From Mycoplasmoides pneumoniae FH (lineage in GTDB: Bacteria > Bacillota_I > Bacilli_A > Mycoplasmatales > Mycoplasmoidaceae): DNA of 32,000 bases. The notes beneath the pieces are model-generated. The model was not told the DNA's origin. It saw nothing but the letters and a program-made list of their open reading frames with translations, and searched no databases. Position numbers and translations under genes: made by a program. The stretch's first letter is position 1. Every line of letters begins with the position of its first letter. Where the stretch lies: positions 752,809 to 784,808 of the forward strand of contig NZ_CP010546.1 in assembly GCF_001272835.1 (NCBI RefSeq), given 5' to 3'. Below, piece by piece: positions 10,627 to 22,626 of this stretch.

Positions 10627-11181
10627 ATGAGTCCAGAAAAATACCTGAACTTCTTTAAAGAAACCGCTGATAAAAAGTTCCAATGACTCAAAGAAGAATT
10701 GAGCAAAATCCGTACTGGTAGACCTAATCCAAAACTGTTTGATAATATCCTTGTGGAAAGCTATGGTGACAGAATGCCAATGGTAGCATTAGCACAAATT
10801 GCGGTAAATCCACCGCGGGAAATTGTGATCAAGCCGTTTGACGTTAAAAACAATATTAATGCCATCTACAGCGAAATTCAACGTGCTAACTTAGGTGTAC
10901 AACCAGTGATTGACGGAGATAAAATTCGCATTAACTTTCCCCCAATGACCCAAGAAAGTCGTTTGGAAAGCATTAAGCAAGCTAAAAAAGTAGTGGAACA
11001 AATCCACCAAGAGTTGCGCAGTGTGCGACGTGATACCCTTCAAATGATTAAGAAGGATGATCATAAAGACGAAGACTTTGAAGAATTCTTAAAAGAAGAA
11101 GTAGAAAAAGTTAACAAGCAGTATATTGCACAGTTAGAAACTATTCAAAAACAAAAAGAAAAAGAACTATTAGTGGTCTAA
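10627..11181 (+). CDS. frr: Ribosome recycling factor, 184 aa
   Basis: [41 protein letters not shown]... [29 protein letters not shown](Trp) read through upstream of the track ORF. Confidence 0.96.
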
Positions 11182-12368
11182 TGGATCTGAAAGATAATTC
11201 CTTCGCTAAAAAACGATCGACAGTGTTCGTTGTTTTGCTCATTGTCTTTTGTTTTTTTTTAATGTTTTCAGCCTTTGCTGACGGCTTTAACTTTTGATCG
11301 CCTTGGTCAACTGATTTCAATTCACGCGTAATTCACATTAAAAGTGACGGTAATATAGAAACCACTAGTATTGTCAGCCATGAGTTGCATCCTGACTTTA
11401 AGGCAGTCCGTTTTGCTTTTGGCTTAGTGATAGTTTTATTTATTAGCGTTATTGCCGTTTTAATGAATTGGGAGTTGTCTAACAGTATCTTTAAAAACTA
11501 TGAAAAGCTCAACTTATCCTTATCACTACTTAGTGGAATTATGGTTTCAGGTGGGATGATTCCAACCTTTTTCGTAATCTATTTCCGTGAATGAAATGCG
11601 ACCGTTAACTGAATTTGAACTGCCTCGTTGGCTGGCATGATTGTCTTTTTATGGGCAGTGTACATGATTAGCACTTCCTTCATAAAGATCCGACCATCAT
11701 TGCAAGTGATTTATAGCCTAGGTGCAGTGATCTGTTTCATCGCTTGCATAGGTACAATTTACTTTTCCGTAATTAGGGGATGGACTACCATTTTTCTCTT
11801 AATTGCTATTGGCGTTTGCACTGATACCTTTGCTTATCTGTTTGGTAAACGTTTTGGAAAAAATCCCCTCATTAAAATTTCTCCCTCAAAAACTTGGGAA
11901 GGTGCTTTCTTTGGGGTTACTGGTACAGTTTTAACCATTTCTATTATTTGTGTTTTGTACTCGATCCCTAACTATGTAAGACAACCTAGCATAAAGGATG
12001 CAAGTAAGACAGCACTACAAACACCACAAAACTATGATGTGCATAACCTTATTACCAATGTCTTTCTCATCTCCTTCATTTCCGGTGGTAGTACCTTTTA
12101 CATCTACTGGTGAGTTAGCACATTAGCACTGATATTTACTGCTTCCATTTTTGCCATAGGTGGTGATTTATTCTTTAGTTACATTAAAAGACTCACAAAA
12201 ATTAAGGATTTTTCGAAGTTATTGGGTAAACACGGTGGTATCTTAGACCGGTTTGATTCCAGCTCTTTTTTAATTAGTTTTTTCTTTATTTACCACGTAA
12301 TTGCGGGAATCTCTTCTAACCAAAGATTGCTTATGGAACCAAACACTTATTTCAGTGCTGTAAGTTAG
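11181..12368 (+). CDS. cdsA: Phosphatidate cytidylyltransferase, 395 aa
   Basis: ATG at 11181; several track pieces joined through [38 protein letters not shown], then [11 protein letters not shown]...[16 protein letters not shown]. Confidence 0.95.
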
Positions 12369-12387
12369 TTTTTAGAATTTAAAGGAA

Positions 12388-13515
12388 ATGACTCCTAAAT
12401 TAAAGCTTAACACTAACAGTAATTGAACTAAGAAAACCCTTGGCAGCTTATTTGAACTCAAGAAGGGTGAAATGCTCGAAAAAGAGCTATTGGCGCCCGA
12501 TGGTAAATACGAATACTTTAACGGTGGTATTAAAGCCTCTGGACGCACCAATGAGTTCAATACCTTTAAGAACACCATTAGCATTATCATAGGCGGTTCT
12601 TGTGGTTATGTCAGATTAGCCGATAAGGATTACTTCTGTGGCCAGAGTAGCTGTACCCTAACTGTTTTAGATCCCCTGGAAATTGACCTCAAGTTTGCTT
12701 ATTATGCACTTAAATCACAAGAGGAAAAAATTACCAGTTTAGCTAGCGGAACTACCATTAAAAACATTCGCCTAAGTGATTTAAAGGATTTACCTATTCC
12801 GCTTGTTAAAAGCATTCAGGATCAACGAACTATTGCACATGCTTTAAGTGTGTTTGACCTTCGCATCGAACACCTCAATGAATTAATTGAAGTAAACCGT
12901 AAGCTCAGAGACGAGTATGCCCACAAATTATTTACCTTAGATCCAGACTTCTTAACACACTGAAACCTACATGAACTCCATGAACAAATGGGTGAAATTA
13001 GTTTAGGTGAAGTGTTTCACTTAAAGAGTGGTAAATACTTAAAGGCTGATGAGCGCTTTGAGGATGGCAAATTCCCTTATTATGGTGCTGGTATTGAAAG
13101 CACTAGCTTTGTCAATGAACCCAACACCAAAGGTGATACTCTTTCAATGATTGCTAACGGTTACTCCATCGGAAACATTCGCTACCATACTATTCCTTGG
13201 TTTAATGGTACTGGTGGTATTGCCATGGAAGCATTAAAACCTAATGAAACCTATGTGCCGTTCTTTTACTGTGCTCTAAAATACATGCAAAAGGATCTAA
13301 AGGAACGCTTTAAACGTGATGAATCACCGTTTATTTCCTTAAAACTAGCCGGTGAAATTAAGGTTCCTTTCGTTAAATCGTTTGCACTCCAAAGAAAAGC
13401 CGGTAAGATTATTTACTTGTTAGATAAAACTCTTGAAGAATACAAAGAAGAAGCTAAGTCTTTAATCAGTATTCGCGATAACTTATTGGGCAAATTGTTC
13501 CCAACACTATCTTAA
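12388..13515 (+). CDS. hsdS: Type I restriction-modification specificity subunit (orphan in this window), 375 aa
   Basis: MTPKLKLNTNSNWTKKTLGSLFELKKGEMLEKELLAPDGKYEYFNGG..., two target-recognition-like halves, each ending in a helical conserved region (RTIAHALSVFDLRIEHLNELIEVNRKLRDEYAHKLF and AGKIIYLLDKTLEEYKEEAKSLISIRDNLLGKLF). Confidence 0.93.
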
Positions 13516-14363
13516 AGCAAAGCAAATAAGGTGTAAGGGAAAAGGTTAACACCTTCGTTATCAAAGCTCTGGTCTTTGAGACTGCTGGTTAAGCTATTCT
13601 CCAATAACTTCTTCATTAGATCACTCGTACTAGAAACTTGAATTCTTAACTTTGTGTTAAGTTTGATGTTACTGGTAAAACGGTCAAATGAAGCGCGGCC
13701 AAAGATGCCTTGAGTAGCTGGACTATATGTAAAAGTGGCTTCTAGAGCTTCATTTTGACCCATACTCATGGTTAAAGAATTTTGAGCATCTTTTTTCTTA
13801 GTTTCATCATCCTTAAAAATATTCTCTATATGGCTCATCGCCTTGGTTGGATCAATTTTTAAATCTGCCTTAATCTTAACCGTAGCCTCAAATTGCTTAT
13901 TCGATTCAACTTTGTAGGTAAACTCCTTCACTTCTTGCTTGCTAACAGTGATGGCTTGTTCAGCTAATAATTGAATCTCAGTTGTTGAACGTTCACTTAA
14001 CTTTAAACCCTTAAGCGTAGCATTGGGTTGAACACTGTTTTGGTTACTACCGTTGCCGAAGGATTTAGCAAAGCGGCCTACTTCAGTTTGCCAACGTTCT
14101 AATATTCTCTGTGAAAGCAAAGTGTACCTTCAACCTTCAAACAAGAGGTTTAAGGTACCTTTAGGATTTAAGCCGTAACTTTCGCGTAAAGTTGTAATTA
14201 AGGTACGTTTATTTTTCGTTAGTTCTGTGTTGCGATCTGCTAGGTTTTGCAGTTCTGATAAAGATTTAAGTTCAACGCTGGCAACTAGAGCAGAACAACT
14301 GCTTAAAATAAGCGCTAAACTAGGGATACTAGCTCAAATTCACTTCCTTAATTTAAGCGCCAT
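13512..14363 (-). CDS. Lipoprotein, divergent member of the array, 283 aa
   Basis: ATG at 14363: MALKLRKWIWASIPSLALILSSCSALVASVELKSLSELQNL; lipobox LSSC; body GWRYTLLSQRILERWQTEVGRFAKSFGNGS matches the family. Confidence 0.88.
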
Positions 14364-14431
14364 ACTCCCTAACATGCAGTAATTAAACAATTGTAAAAAT
14401 TACCGCAAATACTGTAAAAGGACTAAAAGAA

Positions 14432-15286
14432 TTAAAGCAGAGCGTAGTAAAAAAACGGTAATAAATTAAATAACTTACCTGTTAATTGACGACTTTTCAT
14501 CTTTTTGACCTGTTCGTTGCTTTCTAATAATTCATTCAGCTTTGTGTGAGAAGTTGTTACATCAATCTTGACATTAGCGGGAAAGTTAATCGAACTAGTT
14601 GGTACATCAAAGGATTTATCAGAGAAGTTTCTAGCACCTCCAGTTGGTGGGGTATAGGTAAAAATAAAGTTACCAGTGAATTTGGCTTTTTCACCAGTGT
14701 ATTCACTTTCATCAATACTGTTTTTACCATTGCTACCTTTACCTCCCGAACTATTACCCTCTAAGAATGATTTAATCAATGCTTTGCTTGATTCATCAAT
14801 CTTTCCATCCATTTTGATTTGAATATTTACCTGAAACTTTTTTGGACTGTTTCAACTGTAAGAAAAACCACTAACTGTTTGCTTTTCAACTTTAAATACT
14901 TTAGCGATTTCTGAACTAATACCAGGAAAAGTGTCTGCTAAAAATAAACTTTTTTCACTAATGTTAGGGGTAATATCGTCCTTCTTGCTAGTAGAACCAA
15001 AAGCGCTAGCAAAGCGTGAAGCATCTAAATTTCTTTCTAAAAGCTTTTGATCCATTAAGGTGTACTTTCAACCTGCTAAAAGAGCGTTAACTGTTTTGTT
15101 AGGATCAGAGTTATAGCCATCTTTCAGAATGTTGATAACGTTCTTTTTGTTCAATTCACCTTTATTTGCTTCAAAGTATTTTTGCGCGCTACTTAAACTC
15201 GATATAACCTGGCTAGTTGCAGAGGAACAAGCGCTCAGCAATAAACTAGATCCTAATAAAGGAATTAATAACAGTTTAAGTTTCAT
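14432..15286 (-). CDS. Lipoprotein, type A (MKLKL head / SSLSSAQKYF body), 284 aa
   Basis: Pieces 15068..15286, 14852..15055 and 14432..14812 in one frame through TGA(Trp): MKLKLLLIPLLGSSLLLSACSSATSQVISSLSSAQKYFEANKGELNKKNVINILKDGYNSDPNKT...LLPFFYYALL*. Confidence 0.92.
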
Positions 15287-16115
15287 TAGAGAATGGAATA
15301 AAGCAAGTAAGGTAAAAGATCAATTGATTGGTCTTGGAAAGTTTGACTGGACAAATTATTAGTAAAGGTAGTACTTTGAAGAATCTTTTTCATGATTTCG
15401 TCTTTACCAACCATATCTATTTTTAAGGTGGTATTGAAATTAATTTTCTTCATTAAAGTACGAAGTTCTTTCTAGAGAAAAGATTTGATTCAGGTACAGT
15501 ATAGGTAAAAATAAGATCTGCAGAAAGAGTGCCACTTTCTTGTTTCAAATCACCATCATTTAAACCAATTTGTTGTAGATAAGATTGAACTTGACTTTTT
15601 TGGTATTTTCCTTGAGCATTAAGTTTTACTTGAACTTTAAAACTAGTTCGACTTTTGTATTGGATATTAAATGCTTCTACTTTTTGCTCATTTAGCGAAA
15701 TAACATTGTTGATAATATTAGCAGTGCTTGGTTCAAATCGTTTATCAAGTCTTAAACCTTTAACACTAGCATTAGGCTCAACATCTTCATTACTTTTTCC
15801 AGAGCCAAAAGCTTTGACAAATCTAGAAGGGTCTTTGCTCTCCAAAATTTTGGAATCTAATAAGGTAAATTTCCAAGCGTCTAATAAAACTTTGGTAGTT
15901 CCTTCAGGATTATTTTCAAATGCTTTTTGCAGTGACTCCACAAAAGCTTTCTTGTCTTGGGTTAGACTGGTATTTTGATTAACGCCTTCCCTCAATTGAT
16001 TCAAACTTGTTAAATTAGTTTGAAAATCAGAATTAGAACAAGCAGTTAAAGCTGTTCCGAACAACATGAATAAAGCACCTAATGAAGCTTTGGGTAATAG
16101 TCTTTTCTTATTCAT
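15286..16115 (-). pseudogene. Lipoprotein, type B, with 3' frameshift (intact ORF 15453..16115; remnant tail to 15286)
   Basis: [42 protein letters not shown]... ends early at KNFVL*. The shifted frame continues [57 protein letters not shown], ending in the family TAATG overlap with the next gene. Confidence 0.85.
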
Positions 16116-16117
16116 CT

Positions 16118-16957
16118 TTAAAGTAGAGCATAGTAAAAGAAGGGTAGCAAGTCAATATTTCTTCCATTAAATGTACGACTTTTCATTCGCTTAACTTGAT
16201 CGTTTTTCTCAAGCAGTTCATTTAGTTTATTATGCGAAGTGTTCACATCAATCTTTACATCAGCAGGGAAATTGATCATATTGGTGATAACATCAAATGA
16301 TTTATCGGTTAAAGATCTAGTACCTCCAGTTGGTGGAGTATAGGAAAAGATAAAGTCTGCAGTGAATTTAGCTTTATCTCCAGTATATTCACTTTCTTCT
16401 ACGCTATTACTTCCATTTGAATCTTTGTTACTCAAAAAAGACTTAATTGTTTCCTTACTCTTTTCATTAATCATCCCTTCCATCTTTATGTGGATGTTTA
16501 CTTTAAAACTTTTAGGGCTGGTTCAGCTGTAAGAAAAACCACTAACAATTTGTTTTTGTACATTAAACACTTCAGCAATTTGACTTCCTAAACCAGTAAA
16601 AGTTTCATTTAAAAATAAACCTTTCTCGCTAATATTCGGAGTAACGTCATCTTTATTTTTATTCGGGCCAAAAGTATTTTTAAAACGAGATGGATCTAAA
16701 TTATTTTCCAACAATTTTTGATCCATTAAGGTGTACTTCCAGCCTGCTAGTAAGGCGTTAACTGTTTTGTTAGGATCAGAGTTATAGCCATCTTTCAGAA
16801 TGTTGATAACGTTATTTTTATTCAACTCACCTTTATTTGCTTCAAAGTATTTTTGAGCGCTACTTAAACTCGATATAACCTGGCTGGTAGTGGAAGAACA
16901 TGCACTTAAAATAATGCCGGAAGCTAAAAGAGGAATTAAATAAAGTTTAAGTTTCAT
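16118..16957 (-). CDS. Lipoprotein, type A, 279 aa
   Basis: Pieces 16523..16957 and 16118..16483 in one frame: [38 protein letters not shown]...LLPFFYYALL*. Confidence 0.92.
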
Positions 16958-17781
16958 TAGAGTATGGAGTAAAGCACGTAAGGCAAGAGATTTATCGATT
17001 GGTCTTGAAATTTTTGATCAGCTAGTTGCTTTACAAAACTACTTTGTTGCAATAATTTAGTCATCACACTATCTTTGCCTATAATTTGTATTCGTAAATT
17101 GGTATTAAAGTTGATGGCTCTTGTTAGTTTGTCAAATTTACTTGCAGAAAAGAAACTGGCAGCAGGTGGCATATAGGTGTAAATTATTTCAGCTTCTAAT
17201 GTACCTGTATCATTTAGATCACCATCTGATAAACCTACTTGACTTAAATAAGTTTTTACAGTATCCTTTTTGTAATTACCTTTAGCATTAATTTTTACTT
17301 GAACTCTAAAGTTTTTAGGATCTTTGTATTGAATGCTAAAAGCTTCTACTTTTTGTTTGTCCAGTTTAATTACGTTATTAATTATATTGGCAGTGTCTTG
17401 TGTGTATCTTTCCACCAAGCGTAAACCCCTTACTCCAGCACTAGGCTCTACATCTTCAATGCTTCTGCCAGAACCAAAAGATTTACTAAATTTGGAAAAA
17501 TCTTGTTTTTCTAAAATTTGAGCGTCTAAAAGCGTAAACTTTCAAGCGTCTAATAAAACCCTAGTAGTGCCTTCTGGATTATTTTCAAAAGCTGATTTTA
17601 AGGCTGTAACTAAATCAGCTTTATTTTGGGTTAAATTAGTATTTTTACTTGCACTGGTTCTTAATTGATTCAAGCTAGTAAGATTTGCTTCAAAACCAGA
17701 ATTAGAACAAGCAGTTAAAGCTGTTCCAAACAACATAAATAAAGCGCCTAAGCTTGTCTTATTTCAAATTTTCTTTTTCAT
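16957..17781 (-). CDS. Lipoprotein, type B, 274 aa
   Basis: ATG at 17781: [47 protein letters not shown]...[50 protein letters not shown]...[10 protein letters not shown]; TAATG overlap with the next gene. Confidence 0.92.
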
Positions 17782-17785
17782 ATTT

Positions 17786-18637
17786 TTAGAGTAAGGCATA
17801 AAAATAGAAGGGCAATAGATCAAATGATTTACCAGTAAACGAACGACTTTTAATTTTTTTAACATGTTCGTTGTTTTGCATTAGGATATTGAGTTTTTCA
17901 TGAGTTGTGCTTGCATCAATTTGAAGATTAGCAGGGAAATTAATTGTTCCAGTGATTGGATCAAAGTTACTAAATGCAAATCTTCTTCCATCTGTAGGCG
18001 GAGTAAAAGTGAATATGAATGTGCCATCAAAGTTTGCATTTCCATTATTAAAATCATTTTCAGTAACATTGCCATTATTTCCAGAGCTCAAGAAAGATTT
18101 AATTAAAGAATTACTTTCTTCACCACTGCCAACAATGCCTTGCATCATAAAAGATATAACTACTTTAAAGTTAGTGGTGCTAGATCAGCTGTAAGAAAAT
18201 CCAGTTACTTTTTGGCTTTGCACTCCAAGTACTTTAACTATTTGTTGACTTACACCACTGTAAGTTTCATCTAAAAATAAACCTTTCTCACTAATACTTG
18301 GAATGACATCATCTTTGCCTTTGTTAGTACCAAATGCTTTTGTAAAGCGACTAGCATCTAGATTTCTTTCCAGTATTTTTTGATCCATTAAGGTGTACTT
18401 TCAACCAGCAAAAAGTGAATTAACTGTAGCTTTTGAATCAGTACTGTAACCTTCTTTTAAAAGATTAATTACATTCTTTTTGATTAGTTCACTTTTGTGA
18501 GCATCAAAGTATTTTTGCGCACTACTTAAACTAGAAATAACATTGGTGGCAGTTGATGAACAGGCACTTAAAGCAGTGCCGAACAATAAAAATAAAGCAT
18601 CTAATGGAGTTCTGAATAATAGCCTTTTCTTATTCAT
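17786..18637 (-). CDS. Lipoprotein, chimeric: type B-like signal region with type A body, 283 aa
   Basis: MNKKRLLFRTPLDALFLLFGTALSACSSTATNVISSLSSAQKYFDAHKSELIKKNVINLLKEGYSTD...DLLPFYFYALL*; three track pieces joined through TGA. Confidence 0.92.
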
Positions 18638-18639
18638 CT

Positions 18640-19491
18640 TTAAAGTAGTGCGTAGTAAAAGAACGGTAACAAGTCAAAGGTTTTACCAGTAAACTTACGG
18701 CTTTTAATCTGTTTTACTTGTTCATTGGCTTCCATTAAAGTATTTAACTTTTGGTGAGTAGTGCTTACATCTATTTGTAAGTCTGCTGGAAAGTTAATCT
18801 TAGTTGTAAGAGGGTCAAAAGAAGTGGCACCAAATTTTCTACTTTGAGTAGGAGGTGTATAAGTAAAAGTAAAGAAACCATCGAAATTAGCAGAATCACC
18901 ATTAAAGTCAGTTTCTTTTACTCCGCCATTTTGATTTGATCCATTGTTATCAGAACTTAAAAAAGATTTAATTAATTGTTGACTCTCTGAATCACTTCCA
19001 ACTTTTCCCTTCATACTAATTTGAATTTGTACTTTAAAGTCAGAGTTACTGGATCACTTGTAATTAAATTGTTTAACAGTTTGACTTTGTACACCTAAGA
19101 CTTTGGCAATTTGAATACTAAAGCCAGTGTAAGTTTCGTTTAAGTACAATCCCTTTTCACTAACACTAGGAGTTACATCGCCTTTATCGCGTCCGCTACC
19201 AAAAGCTTTGATAAAGCGACTATCAACTTCTTTAGAAAGTAATTGCTGGTCCATAAGTGTGTACTTTCAACCAGCTAGCAAAGCATGGACTGCCTTATTA
19301 GCATCAGATTCATAACCTTCCTTTAAGATTTTGATGACATTCTTTTTGTTGAGTTCACCTTGACTGGATTCAAAGTATTTTTGAGCACTACTTAAACTAG
19401 AAATTACTTGAGTAGCTGCTGAAGAACAAGCGCTTAACAACAAACTAGAACCTAAAAGAGGAATTAATAGAAATTTAAGTTTCAGTTTCAT
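18640..19491 (-). CDS. Lipoprotein, type A, 283 aa
   Basis: [63 protein letters not shown]...LLPFFYYALL*; pieces 19267..19491, 19054..19254 and 18640..19014 in one frame. Confidence 0.92.
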
Positions 19492-20324
19492 TAGAGGATG
19501 GAGTAAAGTACGTAAGGCAGTAAATTAACTGCTTGGTTTGGGTAATTAACACTGGCAAGATTATTAGTGAAGGCACTACTGTTAAGAATCTTTCTCATTA
19601 CTTCGTCTTTACCAACCATTTCTAATTTCAGATTGGTATTGAAATTAATCGATTTAGTTAACTTGTCAAAATTACTCTTAGAAAACAAATTTGAAGCAGG
19701 TGGAGTGTAAGTGAAGATTAAATCAGCTTCTAAAGTGCCTTCTTCCTTATCGCCCAGTTCATTATCTTGAAGACCAATTTGTGACTTATATTTCTCGACT
19801 TCACTCTTTTTGTAATTACCTTTTGCATTCAGCTTAATCTGAATAGTGAAATCACGACTACTTTTAAAGCGAATATTAAAAACCTCTACTTTTTGTTGAT
19901 CCAATAAAATTGCATTTTTAATAAGACTAGCTGTGTTATCACCAAAACGTTCAACAAATCTTAAACCACGTACGCCAGCACTAGGTTCTATGTCTTCCTT
20001 ACTTTTACCGCTACCAAATGCTTTAACAAATTTAACTGGATCTTGTTTTTCCAAAATCTTCGCATCATAAAGACTAAACTTTCAGGCATCTAGTAAAACC
20101 TTAGTGGTACCTTCTGAATTATTTTCAAAGGCAGTTTTTAAAGCATCAATTAAGGTATTTTTGTCCTGAGTTAAATTAATGTCTTTATTGGCTGAAGTTC
20201 TCAATTGGTTCAAACTAGTTAAGTTAGCTTGAAAGTCATAGTTAGAACAAGCAGTAAACGCTGTTCCTAATAAAAGAAACAAAGAACCAAAAGCGGTTTT
20301 AGATCAAATACTTTTTTTATTCAT
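19491..20324 (-). CDS. Lipoprotein, type B, 277 aa
   Basis: ATG at 20324: [56 protein letters not shown]...[10 protein letters not shown]; TAATG overlap with the next gene. Confidence 0.92.
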
Positions 20325-20346
20325 GCTTCGAAATAAGGTTTAAAAA

Positions 20347-21219
20347 TTAGAGAAGGGCGTAGTAAAAAAAAGGCAAAAGATTAAATGATTTGCCTTTAAA
20401 AGAGCGGTTCTTAATCATTCCTACCTGAGTATTAGTTGTCATTAAAGTGTTTAACTTTTCATGACTAGTACTTACCTCAATTTGGAGATCAGCAGGAAAA
20501 TTGATGGTTCCAGTAATTGGATCAAAGTTGCTGGACGCAAGTCTTCTGCCATCGGAAGGTTGAGTGTAAGTAAAGATAAAATTGCCATCAAAGTTAGCTT
20601 GGTCACCTTCAAAATCTTTTTCAGTTACACCACCATTTTGATTATTGCTTCCACTGCCTTTGCTATCAGTACCTAAAAAAGACTTAATTAAAGTTTGACT
20701 TGTGCCATCACTACCAACTTTTCCTTTCATTTTGATTAAGATTTTGACCTCAAACTTGGTTTTGCTAGTTCAGCTATAAGAAAAACCAGTTACCTTTTGG
20801 CTTTGGACACCAAGAACTTGAGCGATTTGACTACTTACACCGGGATAAGTTTCTGCAAGATATAAACCTTTTTCACTGATGTTCGGGGTAACATCATCTT
20901 TAGTGTTAGAACCAAAAGCTTTAGAAAAACGGGAAGGATCCATTGGGTTCTCCAATAACTTTTGATCCAGCAAGCTGTATTTTCAGCCAGCTAATAAAGA
21001 ATTAACTGTTGACTTGGGATCAGAATTATAACTATCCTTCAAAATGGTTACTAGATTACGTTTATTAAGTTCTTTTTTGTTGGCACTAAAGTACTTCTGG
21101 GCACTACTAAAACTGGAAATTACTTCTGTGGTGGCAGAGGAGCAGGCACTTAAAGCTGTGCCAAACAGGAAAAACAAAGAACCTAGACTGGTCTTTGACA
21201 AAATCGATTTTTTGTTCAT
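20347..21219 (-). CDS. Lipoprotein, chimeric: type B-like signal region with type A body, 290 aa
   Basis: MNKKSILSKTSLGSLFFLFGTALSACSSATTEVISSFSSAQKYFSANKKELNKRNLVTILKDSYNSD...LLPFFYYALL*. Confidence 0.92.
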
Positions 21220-21295
21220 TTTTAAAAAAGTAAATTTTTTAGTTGATTTATTGATTAGTCAGATGGTTTAAAAATACTTGTTTACAAACAATGAG

Positions 21296-21319
21296 ATAAG
21301 AGGAGATTTATCCTCTTAT
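21296..21319. other. Perfect inverted repeat (hairpin) in the intergenic gap
   Basis: ATAAGAGGA gattta TCCTCTTAT; 9-nt arms, 6-nt loop. No T-run on the minus side, so not a classical terminator. Confidence 0.5.
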
Positions 21320-21329
21320 TTAGTATGAG

Positions 21330-21740
21330 TTAACGCAATTCAAAGAAAAGCGGGCGGTATTTAAAAAAACAGAAGTAATCACTAAGTTTGGAATTAATTA
21401 CCTCCTTTTCAATGACAACTACAATCTCTAACTTAGGCGTTTCTTCTATTACTTCTGGTTGATTGTCTTCTTCTATGCTTGGTTGTTCAATTAAAAGGCC
21501 AATAAAATTATGAACTTGGCGTTCAATAAAGAAAACAAAGTTGTTTAAAGAACTAAAATCGTTTTTAATACTTCTTCAAGCTTTAATTAACAGATTAAAG
21601 GTATAGTAGTTATTTAATGAGTGGGTGACACGAAAATTAAATAACTTAAATAATGTTTTCGAAAGAAAAACAAGACCGTTAATTAAAAACAAGGAGACTA
21701 GTAAGATAGCTAGTACATTTGCTTTAAATTGGCTTTTCAT
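21330..21740 (-). CDS. Small hypothetical protein with one N-terminal hydrophobic segment and acidic C-terminal half, 136 aa
   Basis: Absent from the track because of an internal TGA. MKSQFKANVLAILLVSLFLINGLVLFLSKTLFKLFNFRVTHSLNNYYTFNLLIKAWRSIKNDFSSLNNF...EQPSIEEDNQPEVIEETPKLEIVVVIEKEVINSK...FELR*. Confidence 0.6.
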
Positions 21741-22034
21741 GAAGAAGAAGGTTGGTTAAAATTGAAAGCTTTTTGAACTAAACAAACCCAACAGCTTGAC
21801 TGAAACTAAATTAGTTCTCGTCTAATTGACCATAATTTTAAAACTTTTAATTGTTGCTTATTCCGCTAATAAGCTCGTTTAACTAGCTCGATTCAAATAA
21901 GTAAGATGGCAAAATTAACTAAATTGGCATTAATCAATATTCAACTGTTATTCTAAACTGACTTTTAGCTAAAAAAGTAGATCGATTAAGTTAACTGATT
22001 CTTAATAAAAAAGCTTTCATTTTTCAACCAAAAA

Positions 22035-22436
22035 TTATTTTTCAATTGAATGTCTTAAAAAACGAAAAAATCTTATTTCTTGTTCTGTTCGATCATCGAA
22101 ATGATTTTCAAACTCTTCTCTGTCCGCATTACTTTGACCAATATATTCCCAACTTGATGTTCCATAAAGAATTATTTCTCCGTGTTCCAAATTAAAACTA
22201 TTGTTGCATTTGGTAGTTTTATCGTGATCTTTTCATAAGAAGTTTTTAAAGATTTAACTAGATTTGTATGGCCTGTTTCTGTTTCAATTTCTTCAGACCA
22301 ATTTAAATCTTCGTTAGTATTGTTTTAATCAAACTTTATATCTCTGATTTGACATTGGAACAAGCACTTAAAGCTGTATCGCACAAAATAAATAAAGCTC
22401 CTAGACTTGTTTTAGATAAAACTTTACTCTTACACA
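22035..22436 (-). pseudogene. Decayed lipoprotein remnant
   Basis: [33 protein letters not shown] is a recognisable signal/lipobox head. Other frames continue NTNEDLNWSEEIETETGHTNLVKSLKTSYEK and IILYGTSSWEYIGQSNADREEFENHFDDRTEQEIRFFRFLRHSIEK*. Confidence 0.7.
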
Positions 22437-22626
22437 TAACGAAGATAGATGAATTAAATGTTGATCCATTTTGCTTTTTTTGGAAAAGACGTGCTTGAAA
22501 ACTTCAAAATCACTTAATTTTTAGGTTTCCTGGTTTGTAATTTTGAAGTAAAAAGCTTTTAAAAATTTTTAAAAAAGTTTTTTATTTAACTAAAAAGTTT
22601 TGAGGAATTAAGTAAATCTTAATAAG

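Noticed and set aside
15129-15978. Plus-strand ORFs 15129..15362 and 15655..15978 inside the lipoprotein array
   Set aside because: Mirror open frames on the opposite strand of conserved lipoprotein genes. Similar phantom ORFs recur at 14546, 17333, 17900, 17952, 20461 and 21044, as expected from paralogous sequence rather than real genes.
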